Assembly: GCA_964639285.1 (NCBI GenBank)
Contig: CAZXCI010000002.1
Coordinates: 45,660 to 109,659 of the forward strand
Direction: 5' to 3'
From: an uncultured Candidatus Saccharibacteria bacterium
GTDB taxonomy: Bacteria > Patescibacteriota > Minisyncoccia > Phycocordibacterales > XYD1-FULL-46-19
DNA length: 64,000 bases
The translations under genes were made by a program, and so were the position numbers. The notes under the pieces are model-generated. The model saw only the letters and a list, made by a program, of their open reading frames with translations. It had not been told where the DNA came from and ran no database searches. Numbering within the stretch: the first letter of the stretch is position 1; each line of letters begins with the position of its first letter. Positions 1 to 9,842 of the stretch are shown piece by piece.

Positions 1-541
1 GGGAGGATTTGGCCCTCTCGATGATCACAGTCATACCTTTGGGGCTTTTCTGGGCGGGAGTGGCTATTTTGTAATTCTCGCTAACGAGGTCTAAGATTCG
101 GTCAAGGCGCTCCTTAAGGAAATTGGGGTCTAAGTACTTAGAACGCCCAGGGAGGAAGAGGTCAATCTTGACTCGATGGCCCTCTTTCAAAAATTGGGAG
201 GCCTTCTTGGCCTTAAGTCCAAGATCATGCTCTCCGGTCCCAATCTTAACCTGCAAGATTTTGGTTTCGCCACCAGTCCCACCCTTAGCTTGTTTCTGTT
301 TCTTTTGCTCGAGGTACTGATATTTGCCAAAATCCATGATTTTGGCGACAGGAGGGACGGCGTTGGGCGAAATCTCAATGAGGTCTAGGTCTAGACCATT
401 AGCTTTCTCAATAGCATCAGCTAAAGACAAAACACCAAGGTTAGCACCTTCTTCGTCAATGACTCGGAGTTCCCTGGCTCGGATCTGGTTATTGATTCTA
501 ATCGCTGGCTGATACAAGGTACCGCAATAATAACAGGTAAT
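1..541 (-). CDS. infC: Translation initiation factor IF-3 (partial; the C-terminus runs off the window start)
   Basis: Hand translation of the minus strand gives ...RINNQIRARELRVIDEEGANLGVLSLADAIEKANGLDLDLIEISPNAVPPVAKIMDFGKYQY...GETKILQVKIGTGEHDLGLKAKKASQFLKEGHRVKIDLF..., a typical IF3 N- and C-domain. There is no in-frame ATG. The likely start is a non-canonical ATT at 539-541, downstream of an AGGAGG on the minus strand (559-564), as is usual for infC. Confidence 0.85.
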   Translation of the reverse strand, partial: MTCYYCGTLYQPAIRINNQIRARELRVIDEEGANLGVLSLADAIEKANGLDLDLIEISPNAVPPVAKIMDFGKYQYLEQKKQKQAKGGTGGETKILQVKIGTGEHDLGLKAKKASQFLKEGHRVKIDLFLPGRSKYLDPNFLKERLDRILDLVSENYKIATPAQKSPKGMTVIIERAKSS

Positions 542-721
542 AAGAACATAATCAAGGTCCTCCTATCAGACAATCTTCTAAAAAGTCCTCGGATCTCCTC
601 GCTGCGCTCGGCCAGACATTTTTATAAGCTTGTCTGGCAGGAGCTTTCCTCTCCTCACCCCGCCAGACCTCAAGTGGGCCCGAGGTGTGGCGGGGGTTTT
701 TAATTCTGGTATTATTAACGT

Positions 722-1174
722 GTGCCTAGCCTAATCGAAAATAAAAAAGCTGGTTTAAACTATGAACTCCTCGAGGCCTATGAGACAGGACTGGAGCTTC
801 TTGGGGGTGAAGTTAAGTCGCTTAAGGGGAAGCAGGGTTCGCTCGAGGGGGCCAGAGTTATCATTCGGGGCGAGGAGGCATATCTCGTCGGGGCTTTCAT
901 CCCCCCCTATCAGCCGGCTAATATTATTGGCGAGTATGACCCTTATCGGACTCGACGTCTATTGCTCAAGAAGAAAGAATTATCTGAGTTGGCGGTGAGG
1001 GGGGAACAGCGGGGATTGACAATTATCCCACTTTCGGTGTATAATAAAGGGAGGTTCCTCAAGTTGAAGATATCTGTCGTGCGAGGCAAAAAGAAGTTTG
1101 ATAAGCGCGAAGATCTCAAGAAGAAGGAATCTAAACGCGATATCTCGCGTGATCTCAAGAGCTCGTTGACATAA
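722..1174 (+). CDS. smpB: SsrA-binding protein SmpB
   Basis: The 150-aa ORF has an SmpB-like N-terminus (LIENKKAGLNYELLEAYETGLELLGGEVKSLKGKQGSLEGARVIIRGEEAYLVGAFIPPY) and a basic C-tail. It lies immediately upstream of the tmRNA gene. Confidence 0.85.
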   Translation: MPSLIENKKAGLNYELLEAYETGLELLGGEVKSLKGKQGSLEGARVIIRGEEAYLVGAFIPPYQPANIIGEYDPYRTRRLLLKKKELSELAVRGEQRGLTIIPLSVYNKGRFLKLKISVVRGKKKFDKREDLKKKESKRDISRDLKSSLT

Positions 1175-1179
1175 TTTTT

Positions 1180-1564
1180 GGGAGTGATCGGCTTCGACGA
1201 GTAGCCACTCTTTGGTTTGTATGTAGAGTTCCAGTTTACTCTTAAAACTTACTGGAAACTGTTAAATGCCAACGCATCTAACAAGGGAGGTGTGGCTTCG
1301 CCATATTTCTCTCCAGCCTTCGCTTTAGCGTAATGCTGGTGTTCGCTAGGTTGTTGTCTGGGCAATCTAACCGGGCATAATAAATTCAGACTAGCTTTTA
1401 AGATCGTCTCGACTTAAATGCAAAACTTAGAGACTCGATTATTTAAATTCTTGATTATTTCTGACTTAAATAATTTAAATCCACTTTAGTGGTTGAAATA
1501 ATCTAAACATATAGATTGGTCAAGGAGTTCTGTTCGCACGCGGGTTCGATTCCCGCCACTTCCA
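1180..1564 (+). ncRNA. ssrA: tmRNA (SsrA)
   Basis: The 5' end GGGAGUGAUCGGCUUCGACG matches the tmRNA consensus. The 3' tRNA-like end is GGUUCGAUUCCCGCCACUUCCA. A 7-bp acceptor stem pairs GGGAGUG with CACUUCC and includes the G3:U70 alanine identity pair, followed by discriminator A. An internal tag frame at 1268-1333 (ANASNKGGVASPYFSPAFALA-stop) ends in ALA. Confidence 0.85.
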
Positions 1565-1578
1565 CAAAATTTTTCCCC

Positions 1579-1606
1579 TTGACTTTTTGGGGGCTTTTAA
1601 TAAGAT
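1579..1606 (+). promoter_or_regulatory. sigma70-like promoter (TTGACT, 16 nt, TAAGAT)
   Basis: The -35 TTGACT at 1579-1584 and the -10 TAAGAT at 1601-1606 are separated by a 16-nt spacer, immediately after the tmRNA. Confidence 0.5.
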
Positions 1607-1617
1607 GAAGAGTGAAC

Positions 1618-2098
1618 CGGTTCTTTTTATAGGAAGTCGGAACGCCTACAGACGGAAGGAGGTGATAGTGGCGTGGATCTGTTTCTCTTTTTGTTCCCGT
1701 TGGTTTCCGTCGCACCGCCATCTCTTTTTATAGAGGGGAGGATGCCGGCGGAGGTTCCGTTTGCTCCCGCGTTTTTTGTGGGCTTGGCAGCGGTCGGGCT
1801 GTTTCCTTGGTTTTGGCCGAGGTTTCGCTCGTCTATCTGTCTTGGCTTTTTGTCTCAAGCTCTCACCTTGAGAGCACAAGAGAGAAACGCTGTGGCCTGG
1901 GTCTAACTGCACGGGCATCAATTAGATCCAGTAAATTCCTTTGCCCATCTGTGTTCGCCACTGTGGCGCGGTCGCAAGACCAACTTGTCGGTCTTTCTTC
2001 GAGGGGCCTTCCTTCGGAGGGTAAAGGTACTGTTCTGTTTCGCGTAGTTGGAGGCGCAGGGTCGTTTCGCAACTCGACCCTGCGCCTTTTTTCTTTTT
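1618..2098 (+). other. GC-rich transcription unit of unknown nature (candidate ncRNA, or short-peptide ORFs) bounded by a promoter and a strong terminator
   Basis: About 480 nt at roughly 58% GC in a roughly 40% GC genome. A perfect SD AAGGAGGTGA at 1653-1662 precedes GTG codons at 1668 (21 codons) and 1673 (77-aa hydrophobic ORF). No ORF has recognisable homology, and the segment ends at the terminator 2053-2098. Confidence 0.3.
2053..2098 (+). terminator. Rho-independent terminator
   Basis: A 12-bp perfect stem GGCGCAGGGTCG/CGACCCTGCGCC is followed by TTTTTTCTTTTT. Confidence 0.8.
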
Positions 2099-2282
2099 AA
2101 TAAAATATAAAAAATAGCTATCCCCAGGATTTTTTATTGTTCACTTTGCAAATTTCCAAAGAGGAATAACATTAATATTAGATTACCTGATCTTTGATTT
2201 CGGCTTTGTTGGGAGGCCCATTCCATAATGGAGTCTCACTTTTTGAGTAGTGTGGGCAACAAAATAAGGAGAACCCCCCACC

Positions 2283-2687
2283 ATGAAACGTATGCGCTTT
2301 TTTGTTCTGATGCCCTCCGCTATTATCGTAGTCGTAGCACTGGCCGTCGTCCCCGTCGCCGCGAAAGATATGGCGATACCCTCGGCAGAAATGACCATCG
2401 CGAAGATGCCTGGCGCGACCGCTCTGGAGACCACGACGATCAAGTGCATTGTCGACACCGCCCAGGTCCTGGGCGAAATCTCCGGCGCTGGCACAGTCGA
2501 TGACGCAGCCGAATCTTGTTTGGCAAAGACGCTTTTGGCCAAAGAAGATATGTCGGGCACGGAGGACGTTTCGACGGCATTGAAATGCGTTTTCGTGGCC
2601 GCCGCTGAAGTTTCTTTCCCCACGAGTACGGTATCGGCGCGCGGCGTTGTGCCTGATACTGTAACCACGGGGATCGCCGTCGCCTAA
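2283..2687 (+). CDS. Small secreted Ala/Val/Thr-rich protein (hypothetical), GC-rich
   Basis: AGGAGA lies 7 nt upstream of the ATG. The N-terminal signal peptide is MKRMRFFVLMPSAIIVVVALAVVPVAA. There are 134 aa and the gene is followed by the terminator 2745-2780. It is about 58% GC, so it looks foreign. Confidence 0.5.
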   Translation: MKRMRFFVLMPSAIIVVVALAVVPVAAKDMAIPSAEMTIAKMPGATALETTTIKCIVDTAQVLGEISGAGTVDDAAESCLAKTLLAKEDMSGTEDVSTALKCVFVAAAEVSFPTSTVSARGVVPDTVTTGIAVA

Positions 2688-2744
2688 GGCAAAAAATGCG
2701 CCGGAGAGTTCTCCGGCAAGGCGAAAAGATCCCCAATGATTTTG

Positions 2745-2780
2745 GCCGGTACGCAAAGCGTGCCGGCCAGTTCTTTTTTT
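2745..2780 (+). terminator. Rho-independent terminator, possibly bidirectional
   Basis: The stem GGCCGGTACGC/GCGTGCCGGCC is followed by AGTTCTTTTTTT. It sits between convergent genes. Confidence 0.6.
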
Positions 2781-2794
2781 GTCTTTCCCCTTTT

Positions 2795-4522
2795 TTATTC
2801 CCAACGGCAACCGGCGCTAAGATTTGCCATTTTTGCCAAGCGGCGACAAATGTCTTCTAGGCTAGTAACTTTTTTGAAAACATGATCCTCGCCGGCATAT
2901 TTTACTAGTTCGGCTGGCTTATTCTTCAAATCAAAAATTTTCTTAATATAGTCAGCCTGGCTGGCCGGGACAGTGTGATCGGCCGAGGCTTGGACGATAA
3001 CAATTTTTTGGTCACTTAAATTTTTGATTCGATCAGCGATATCAGCTTGATAATAGAGATTACTATTTCCTTCTTCTAGCAGTCCTTTGAACTGGACGTT
3101 GAAGATCGAATTTTCTAACTTATCCAAGAGAACAAACCAGTCTGTAACTCCATTGATGGGCATTGCGCCAGCAAAAGTCTTAGGGTTCTCAACAATTGTC
3201 TTAAGCGCGAGGTAACCACCATAACTATTTCCTACGAGATAAGTTGGACCAATTTTCTTAATCTTCTTTAATTCGGCAAGAGCGGTCAGGACATCGGCGA
3301 CGTCACCTTTGCCCACCTCCCCAGTAATACTCTGGGCGAAGTCTCGGCCATAGCCATAAGAACCACGGTAATCAAGTTTTAATACCAGAGCTCCGTTTTT
3401 GGCCATCTCACCCATCAGCCAATCATAGATGGCATAACCTAAGTAAGAATGATAGCCGAGAGCCACCTGGCGATAAGGTCCACCGTGGAGCCAGATAAAG
3501 AGGGGATAGCGTTTGCTGGAAGAATAATTGGCGGGCTGCATTAAGACACCACTTAATTTACCCAACTTAATTTCTTTTTCGGTGTAGCCGGTAAGAGGAG
3601 GATTAGCCGGAAAAGAGGAGAAATAAGAGAAGGCCTGCCCAGAACTAATCGTTATTGTCGGATCATAGAGAACGGGAATAGTCGAATTATTTTTGATTTG
3701 TAAAAACAAGAGCTTGCTTGCCCCACCATTGGCGGTAGTCACTCGTTGCATTCGCTGATTGTAAGAAATATTGTCGGCAATCTTTTGAACGTTTCCTGTC
3801 TTGGTGTTGAATTTATAAAGTGACCAGAGGTGATCGCTCTCGCGGTTGGCAGTGAAGTAGACGATATCTGTGTCCCAAGCTAAGAAATCGGCAATGGTAT
3901 ATTTTCTAGAAGTGATCTGTTTGCCCGGGAGTCGTCCTCCGGCGGGCGGAGTGCCGGTTAGATCAACCGAGTAGAGACTTGGGTAGCCAGAACGATCGTC
4001 AAGATAGAGTAACTTGGTGTTATCTGGCGAGAAGGAGAAGAGGCGAAGATCCTCAGAAAGAAGGTCCCAATAATTGACCTTGCCTTCTAATTCATAAGTT
4101 CGGATCTTGGTGTTGCCATTTAGGCCAATTAAGACAAACTTGCGGTTATTTTTTTTGTTGGTAAGCGAAGCTTCATAGTAGGCTAACCATTTCTCGTCGG
4201 GAGAGAGGATAATTCGAGAAGCATTGGTTCGGTCGAATTTTATATTTTTTATCTTGGCGCTTAAGGGTTCTGGGTCAGTGAAGGATTCAGAAACTTGAGC
4301 GGGTGTTGTTGACCCTAGATTTTGGCAAGATAAGTTATTAACCTGACAGAGAAAGATGTTTGTCTTTTCTAATCCGCCGTGGCGAAAGAGAATTTGGTTG
4401 TCATTAAAATCAAGAATCGTCGTCGTCTTGAGTTCAGCTGCGAAACTTAATTGACCAAGACCGAGAAGACTCAAAGTTAGTAAACCAAGAAGAATTGTTT
4501 TTTTATTAATACCTCGTAACAT
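2795..4522 (-). CDS. Secreted S9-family serine peptidase (prolyl oligopeptidase/dipeptidyl aminopeptidase-like)
   Basis: 575 aa with a signal peptide, an N-terminal beta-propeller-like region, and a C-terminal alpha/beta hydrolase domain carrying HGGP and GNSYGG (GxSxG) motifs. Confidence 0.7.
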   Translation of the reverse strand: MLRGINKKTILLGLLTLSLLGLGQLSFAAELKTTTILDFNDNQILFRHGGLEKTNIFLCQVNNLSCQNLGSTTPAQVSESFTDPEPLSAKIKNIKFDRTNASRIILSPDEKWLAYYEASLTNKKNNRKFVLIGLNGNTKIRTYELEGKVNYWDLLSEDLRLFSFSPDNTKLLYLDDRSGYPSLYSVDLTGTPPAGGRLPGKQITSRKYTIADFLAWDTDIVYFTANRESDHLWSLYKFNTKTGNVQKIADNISYNQRMQRVTTANGGASKLLFLQIKNNSTIPVLYDPTITISSGQAFSYFSSFPANPPLTGYTEKEIKLGKLSGVLMQPANYSSSKRYPLFIWLHGGPYRQVALGYHSYLGYAIYDWLMGEMAKNGALVLKLDYRGSYGYGRDFAQSITGEVGKGDVADVLTALAELKKIKKIGPTYLVGNSYGGYLALKTIVENPKTFAGAMPINGVTDWFVLLDKLENSIFNVQFKGLLEEGNSNLYYQADIADRIKNLSDQKIVIVQASADHTVPASQADYIKKIFDLKNKPAELVKYAGEDHVFKKVTSLEDICRRLAKMANLSAGCRWE

Positions 4523-4727
4523 CCTCTTAGTTTAGCACATTTTTCAAAAAAAGTTTTTATTTTTTATCTTTAGGCTTAATATGCTCCTGATAGAAGAAGT
4601 AAGGGAAAGCCACTATGAAAATCATCAGATGAATATCCATAGCTAATTATTTAGAAAATCAAACACGGTACCGTTATTATAGAAGAAAACTGTCCTTAAA
4701 GTCAAAAAAGTGTATAATATCTAGATT

Positions 4728-6695
4728 ATGGCTAAAAGTAATGGCAAAATGCCTAAAATGCCTGCCCGTTGGCCAGGCGGTCCTAATTTTAAGAAAGGGA
4801 AGGTGCTGGGGCAATTTGGCAATCAGCTCTTTTTGGGCGTGCTTATTCTCGCCGTCATTGTCTTCATTTATGCCTCTGTCGCCGAGAATAGTGCTAAGAC
4901 CGAATCTCAAATCATCCCTTTGTCTGAAGTGGCTCAACTTATCAATCAAGACAAGGTGACAAAGATTTCTGTTCAGGGCGAGAGTCTCAAGATCACTCTG
5001 GCCGACAAAACGACTAAGGAAGCCAAGAAGGAGACGGAGAGCTCTCTTTCTCAATCTCTGGTCAATTACGGAGTACCGGCAGACAAATTAAGTAAGGTTA
5101 CGATTGAAGTTAGTGATTCTTTCGGCTTAGCCTTTTGGTTGGGGACAATTTTGCCGGTACTAATTCCTATTATATTTGTCTTGATTCTTTTTTGGTTTAT
5201 CTCGCGACAAGTCAAAGGAGCTTCGATGCAGGCCTTCACCTTCGGCCAATCGCGAGCTCGTCTTATTGATCCTAAAGATGGGTCGCAACGGGTCACCTTC
5301 AAGGATGTCGCCGGGGTTAGAGAAGCAAAAGAGGAGCTCTCAGAGATTGTCGACTTCTTGCGCAATCCAAAGAAATTCTTAGACATTGGCGCTCGTATTC
5401 CTAAAGGTGTTTTACTCATGGGTGCGCCGGGTACCGGCAAGACCCTTCTTGCCCGAGCGGTGGCTGGGGAAGCTAAGGTTCCCTTCATGTATCTGTCTGG
5501 CTCAGAATTTGTTGAGATGTTTGTGGGCGTGGGCGCTTCGCGGGTAAGAGACCTCTTTACCATGGCCAAGAAGTCGGCGCCAGCCATTATCTTCATTGAT
5601 GAGATTGATGCTATTGGTCGCCACCGTGGTTCGGGTATGGGTGGGGGCAATGATGAACGTGAACAAACTCTTAATCAAATTTTAACAGAGATGGATGGTT
5701 TTGAACCGACCGAGAAGGTGATCGTCATGGCGGCGACCAACAGGCCCGATGTGCTTGATCCGGCCTTGCTTCGTCCTGGACGCTTCGATCGTCGGGTGAT
5801 GCTTGATTCGCCAGACAAGAAGGATCGTGAAGAAATTTTATTAATTCATGCCAAGAAGAAACCGTTGGGGGAGGATGTCAATATGACCATAATTGCCGAA
5901 CGCACACCCGGTTTCTCGGGGGCGGATCTAGCGAACATCATGAACGAAGCGGCAATTTTGACCGCCCGTGAGAATCGACAGAAAATTACTCAATATGATC
6001 TCTTGAGATCTGTTGAGAAAGTGATGATGGGCCCCGAGCGCAAGAGTCATATTCTCTCTGTTCAAGAAAAGAAGATTACTGCTTATCATGAGATTGGTCA
6101 CGCTCTTGTCTCCTCACTCCTTGAATTTGCTGATCCGGTGCATAAGGTCTCGATTATTGCTCGAGGTAACGCGGCTGGTTACACCCTTAAACTTCCCTTT
6201 GAAGATCGCAAACTTCAGTCACGCAAAGAATTCTTGGCTGACTTAGCTACTTCGCTTGGGGGTTATGCGACCGAGAAAATGATTTTCAATGATCTGACAA
6301 CTGGGGCCTCCAACGATATTGCCGTGGCGACGGCTTTAGCTCGAGACATGGTCACTCGCTATGGTATGAGTGAGAGTCTTGGCCCCATTGCCCTTGATTC
6401 TGGGGCTCGCGCCAGCGCGACCGGTGGTTGGCTGGCCGAGAAAACGATTTCGGAAGATACTTCAATGCAGGTTGATCAAGAAGTTAGCAAATTGATGAAC
6501 AGCGCTTTGGCTCAAGCTGAGGAGATTCTTAAGGCCAACAAGAAGGCGCTTGATAATATTTCTACCGAATTAATTAAAGTTGAGACTCTCGAACGAGAAG
6601 ATTTTGAAAAACTTTTGATCTTAAATGGTATCAAGCCAAAGGTTAAGCCAGAATCTGGCGAAGAGGGGAATATTTTTGCACCTAATCATGAATAA
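4728..6695 (+). CDS. ftsH: ATP-dependent zinc metalloprotease FtsH
   Basis: 655 aa with two N-terminal TM segments, a Walker A motif GAPGTGKT, an AAA domain with second region of homology, and the HEIGHAL zinc motif. Confidence 0.95.
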   Translation: MAKSNGKMPKMPARWPGGPNFKKGKVLGQFGNQLFLGVLILAVIVFIYASVAENSAKTESQIIPLSEVAQLINQDKVTKISVQGESLKITLADKTTKEAKKETESSLSQSLVNYGVPADKLSKVTIEVSDSFGLAFWLGTILPVLIPIIFVLILFWFISRQVKGASMQAFTFGQSRARLIDPKDGSQRVTFKDVAGVREAKEELSEIVDFLRNPKKFLDIGARIPKGVLLMGAPGTGKTLLARAVAGEAKVPFMYLSGSEFVEMFVGVGASRVRDLFTMAKKSAPAIIFIDEIDAIGRHRGSGMGGGNDEREQTLNQILTEMDGFEPTEKVIVMAATNRPDVLDPALLRPGRFDRRVMLDSPDKKDREEILLIHAKKKPLGEDVNMTIIAERTPGFSGADLANIMNEAAILTARENRQKITQYDLLRSVEKVMMGPERKSHILSVQEKKITAYHEIGHALVSSLLEFADPVHKVSIIARGNAAGYTLKLPFEDRKLQSRKEFLADLATSLGGYATEKMIFNDLTTGASNDIAVATALARDMVTRYGMSESLGPIALDSGARASATGGWLAEKTISEDTSMQVDQEVSKLMNSALAQAEEILKANKKALDNISTELIKVETLEREDFEKLLILNGIKPKVKPESGEEGNIFAPNHE

Positions 6696-7158
6696 TAAAA
6701 TTAAACTTTTATCTGACGATACATACTTAGCTATTATCAAGAATAGTGTTGGGGCTAAAACTTGGCAGAATTCTTGGGCGAGACAAGGGGAAAAAAGAAT
6801 TGATTTGGTCAAAGGGGGAGACTTGTCCTGTGCCTTTTTTGTTTCTTCTATCCTTAAATTATTTAATTTAATTACAAACATTCACGTTACGGTTGGAGGG
6901 GCTATTGTCGATCTAGAGAAATCTGGCTGGAGAAAAACCAAAAGTTTTAAACCCGGAGACATTATTGTCTGGGGTCCAAAATTAGGAAGAGATGGGCAAG
7001 AACACCGGCACCTAGGTTTTTGTCTGGGTGGAGATAGAGCCGTCAGTAATAGTTCCAAGGCCAAGAAAATTGCTCTTCATCATGTCACTTATGGCAAGAA
7101 AAAAGGCCGGCCGGTTCGAGCCATTGAGGCAATTTACACTCACAAAAAACTAAATTGA
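6688..7158 (+). CDS. NlpC/P60-like (CHAP-like) putative cell-wall peptidase
   Basis: The ATG overlaps the ftsH stop (ATGAATAA). A Cys-containing motif GDLSCAFFV is followed by PGDIIVWG...HLGFCLGGDRAVSNSS, which resembles the NlpC/P60 Cys-His core. Confidence 0.4.
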   Translation: MNNKIKLLSDDTYLAIIKNSVGAKTWQNSWARQGEKRIDLVKGGDLSCAFFVSSILKLFNLITNIHVTVGGAIVDLEKSGWRKTKSFKPGDIIVWGPKLGRDGQEHRHLGFCLGGDRAVSNSSKAKKIALHHVTYGKKKGRPVRAIEAIYTHKKLN

Positions 7159-7212
7159 AAAAAGAAGGTTTTTGAGCTATTATTGAAAAGGTTCTTCTTT
7201 TGCTAAAAATTT

Positions 7213-7286
7213 GCGCGTGTAGCTCAATTGGTTAGAGCACAGAGCTTATACCTCTGCGGTTCCTGGTTCGAGTCCAGGCATGCGCA
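7213..7286 (+). tRNA. tRNA-Ile (anticodon UAU)
   Basis: A 74-nt cloverleaf. The acceptor stem is GCGCGTG/CATGCGC, the anticodon stem CAGAG/CTCTG, the anticodon loop CTTATAC, the T-loop TTCGAGT and the discriminator A. Confidence 0.8.
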
Positions 7287-7307
7287 CATATTTAAGACAA
7301 CCTTTAG

Positions 7308-9539
7308 TTATTCAAAATGTAATTCTTGTTTTTGGGCAGAGAGGCGGGTGAGGAATCGGGGGTGCTGCGAGAGGTCGGGGTCTTGGTCGATTATCCTTTC
7401 GGCTTCGGCGCGGGCTGCTTCTACCATTTTAATATTTTTAATGGCTTCCATACCTATGTCGGTGATACCCCATTGTTTCTCACCGGTAATTGTTCCTGAA
7501 CCGCGCAGGGCTAGGTCGTGTTCGGCTAACTCGAACCCATTTTTGGCATTAACTAAGGCCTTAAGTCGGTCCATCGATTTCTGACTTTTAGTCTCTGAGA
7601 AAATATAGCAATGAGCTTGATGATTAGAACGTAAGACTCGTCCACGCAGTTGGTGGAGTTGGGCGAGTCCGAACCTCTCAGCTCCTTCAATTACAATGAT
7701 AGTAGCATTGGGAACATTGACGCCCACTTCGATCACTGAGGTTGAAACCAAAATATTGATGTCACCGTCTACAAATTGTTGCATCGTATCCTCCTTGTCT
7801 TTGGGTTTCAATTTGCTGTGCATCACCTCAACGACAAATTCGGGGAAGACTTTGTCTTGGAGGCGGACGGTTTCGGCTTTGGCTGATTTTGCCTGCACGG
7901 CCATCTCTTTGTCAGGGTCAGGCTCATTAATGCGGGGGCAGATAACATAGGCTTGTCTCCCAGCTTTAAGTTCTGTGCGGATATGGTCATAGGCCTCGTC
8001 GCGCTTGTCGGGGGGAACGATCTTGGTAATGATCGGTTTGCGTCCGGCCGGCATTTCGTCAAGCAGAGTCAGATCAAGGTCGCCGAAGATGGTGAGGGCC
8101 AAAGTCCGGGGGATGGGGGTCGCCGTCATGGATAAAAGATGAGGCAAAGGAGTCGCTTTATCTTTGCTTGCCCGAATGCCATTGGCGGGCGGGTCACTTA
8201 CTCTTCTTACTAATTTTGCTCTTTGCATCACGCCAAAGCGATGTTGCTCGTCGATAATGGCATAGGCCAAATTTTTGAATTTAATTTGCTTTTGAATTAA
8301 GGCGTGAGTACCGACAACAATCGGGATTTCGCCGTTGGCTACCCACTTTAAGAGTTGAGGCTTAGAAATATGAGTTGCTTCATGAGGGTTAATCTTTGAG
8401 GGAAATTTTTTACATTCTTTGCCAGTGATGAGACCGATCTGAACGTTTATATGTTCGAAATATTTGATAAAAGATTCGAAGTGTTGACGAGCCAAGATTT
8501 CGGTTGGAGCCATATAAGATACCTCTAAGCCCGCCTTAACCATGACAAAGGTTGTGGCCGCCGCGACCATCGTTTTGCCTGAGCCGACATCGCCTTCGAG
8601 GAGACGAACCATGGGCTTGTCACTAGCAAAATCAGAGAGAATTTGGTCAATCGCTCTAGTCTGAGCTTGGGTTGGTTTGAAGGGGAAGCGGTCGAGAAAT
8701 TCTCGCAAATCTTGGCGATTAACTTTAGTTTTAAAACTCGGGTTACTTTGATAAATTTTCTTATCACGCAAACGGGCCAATTGAATGAAAAAGACTTCTT
8801 CGAAGGCGAAGCGCTTCCTGGCTGCTTGCGAATCCTCAATTTTTTTTGGCAGGTGGATCCAGACTAGGGCGGTAGCGAGTTTGGGCAGATTATATTTTTG
8901 GAGAATTTCTTCAGGAATAGGGTCAACAATTTTCTCATGCTCGCTCTCGCTAATTAATTTTTTAATATGATAATAAAACCAGCCCGAAGTAATGCCTCTG
9001 GTTTCTGGATAAATAGGAATTAAGGAATCTTCTTTTTCTTTGCCCGAGGCTAGTCCTCGGGCAGAATAAAACAGACTGGCTTTCCCTGCCTGCCATGCAT
9101 GCGCAGGCATTGCGGGCAGGTCAATTATCTCAGGGTTAGCTAGATAGAGTTCGGGGAGTGTGTTTTCTGGGGCACCAACCTTCTTTCTTTTGGCGGAGAT
9201 CTTTCCTCGGAAGGCGGCGAGGGTTCCCTCCGATATCTTTTTGGCCAAATAAGCTTGATGAAACCAGACGGCCTTAATCTTGCCGGTCTCATCCTCGATA
9301 ACGGCCTCGCCCATGGGGATCTTACTTCGCCAACCCTTTTTTGTTTTGGCCGAAATAACTCGACCGTAGATCGTCGCTTCATCTCCGGCTCTCAAATCAA
9401 TAATATTTTTTTGCGTTCCCGGCTCTTCGTAACGAGAGGGGAGGTGGCGCAGGAGTTTCTCTGGACTATCCACTCCTAATCTCTCCAACGCTTTTTGCTG
9501 GATAAGATTAGGTCGAAATAATTTATCAAACCAAGGCAT
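7308..9539 (-). CDS. recG: ATP-dependent DNA helicase RecG
   Basis: 743 aa with an N-terminal wedge/OB domain, a helicase motif I DVGSGKT, DEQH, and a C-terminal RecG region. Confidence 0.9.
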   Translation of the reverse strand: MPWFDKLFRPNLIQQKALERLGVDSPEKLLRHLPSRYEEPGTQKNIIDLRAGDEATIYGRVISAKTKKGWRSKIPMGEAVIEDETGKIKAVWFHQAYLAKKISEGTLAAFRGKISAKRKKVGAPENTLPELYLANPEIIDLPAMPAHAWQAGKASLFYSARGLASGKEKEDSLIPIYPETRGITSGWFYYHIKKLISESEHEKIVDPIPEEILQKYNLPKLATALVWIHLPKKIEDSQAARKRFAFEEVFFIQLARLRDKKIYQSNPSFKTKVNRQDLREFLDRFPFKPTQAQTRAIDQILSDFASDKPMVRLLEGDVGSGKTMVAAATTFVMVKAGLEVSYMAPTEILARQHFESFIKYFEHINVQIGLITGKECKKFPSKINPHEATHISKPQLLKWVANGEIPIVVGTHALIQKQIKFKNLAYAIIDEQHRFGVMQRAKLVRRVSDPPANGIRASKDKATPLPHLLSMTATPIPRTLALTIFGDLDLTLLDEMPAGRKPIITKIVPPDKRDEAYDHIRTELKAGRQAYVICPRINEPDPDKEMAVQAKSAKAETVRLQDKVFPEFVVEVMHSKLKPKDKEDTMQQFVDGDINILVSTSVIEVGVNVPNATIIVIEGAERFGLAQLHQLRGRVLRSNHQAHCYIFSETKSQKSMDRLKALVNAKNGFELAEHDLALRGSGTITGEKQWGITDIGMEAIKNIKMVEAARAEAERIIDQDPDLSQHPRFLTRLSAQKQELHFE

Positions 9540-9542
9540 TCT

Positions 9543-9716
9543 CTAGAATTCGTCACTAATCGATAAATTGTCAGGGATGTTGTTGGTAGTCGTGGCTACC
9601 GATACGGGCGAGGGCACTTCTTTATCGGGAGAGAGAATCATGAAGCCTTTTATTGTAATCACTAAGAAAACGGCCACAATTAGTCCTAAGATCAAATAAA
9701 GAGTTTTTTTGTTCAT
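9543..9716 (-). CDS. Small putative membrane protein (57 aa)
   Basis: ATG to TAG, MNKKTLYLILGLIVAVFLVITIKGF..., with one TM helix. No clear SD. Confidence 0.25.
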   Translation of the reverse strand: MNKKTLYLILGLIVAVFLVITIKGFMILSPDKEVPSPVSVATTTNNIPDNLSISDEF

Positions 9717-9842
9717 GTTTTATCTATTAAGCGATAATGCTAGAATAATAGCATAGCTTCTAACCATTAAAAATATGATAGAGAAATTAACCTCTCTAAG
9801 TAATTGTAAAATTCGTTAAATTATAGTATAAAATAGGGGTAC

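Noticed and set aside
1618-2098. RNase P RNA, 6S RNA or SRP RNA as the identity of the GC-rich unit after the tmRNA
   Set aside because: GGAAGUCGGAACGCC superficially resembles the P4 5' strand, but no complementary ACAGAAnCCGGCUUA-type 3' strand, GGU/ACC pairing or other conserved RNase P regions could be found. It is left as unknown.
1807-2100. 97-aa + strand ORF
   Set aside because: It reads straight through the 12-bp terminator hairpin and poly-T and sits in a third frame relative to the SD-associated GTGs. It is probably a GC-driven open frame.
2178-2810. 210-aa and 161-aa minus-strand ORFs
   Set aside because: They are antisense to the better-supported signal-peptide ORF 2283-2687 (RBS plus terminator). 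High GC inflates spurious ORF length.
5066-5650. 194-aa minus-strand ORF inside ftsH, and similar ORFs at 16878-17480 inside the ATPase, 7823-8062 and 8525-8839 inside recG, and 27351-27710 inside the EamA gene
   Set aside because: They are antisense shadow ORFs within strongly supported conserved genes and have no motifs.
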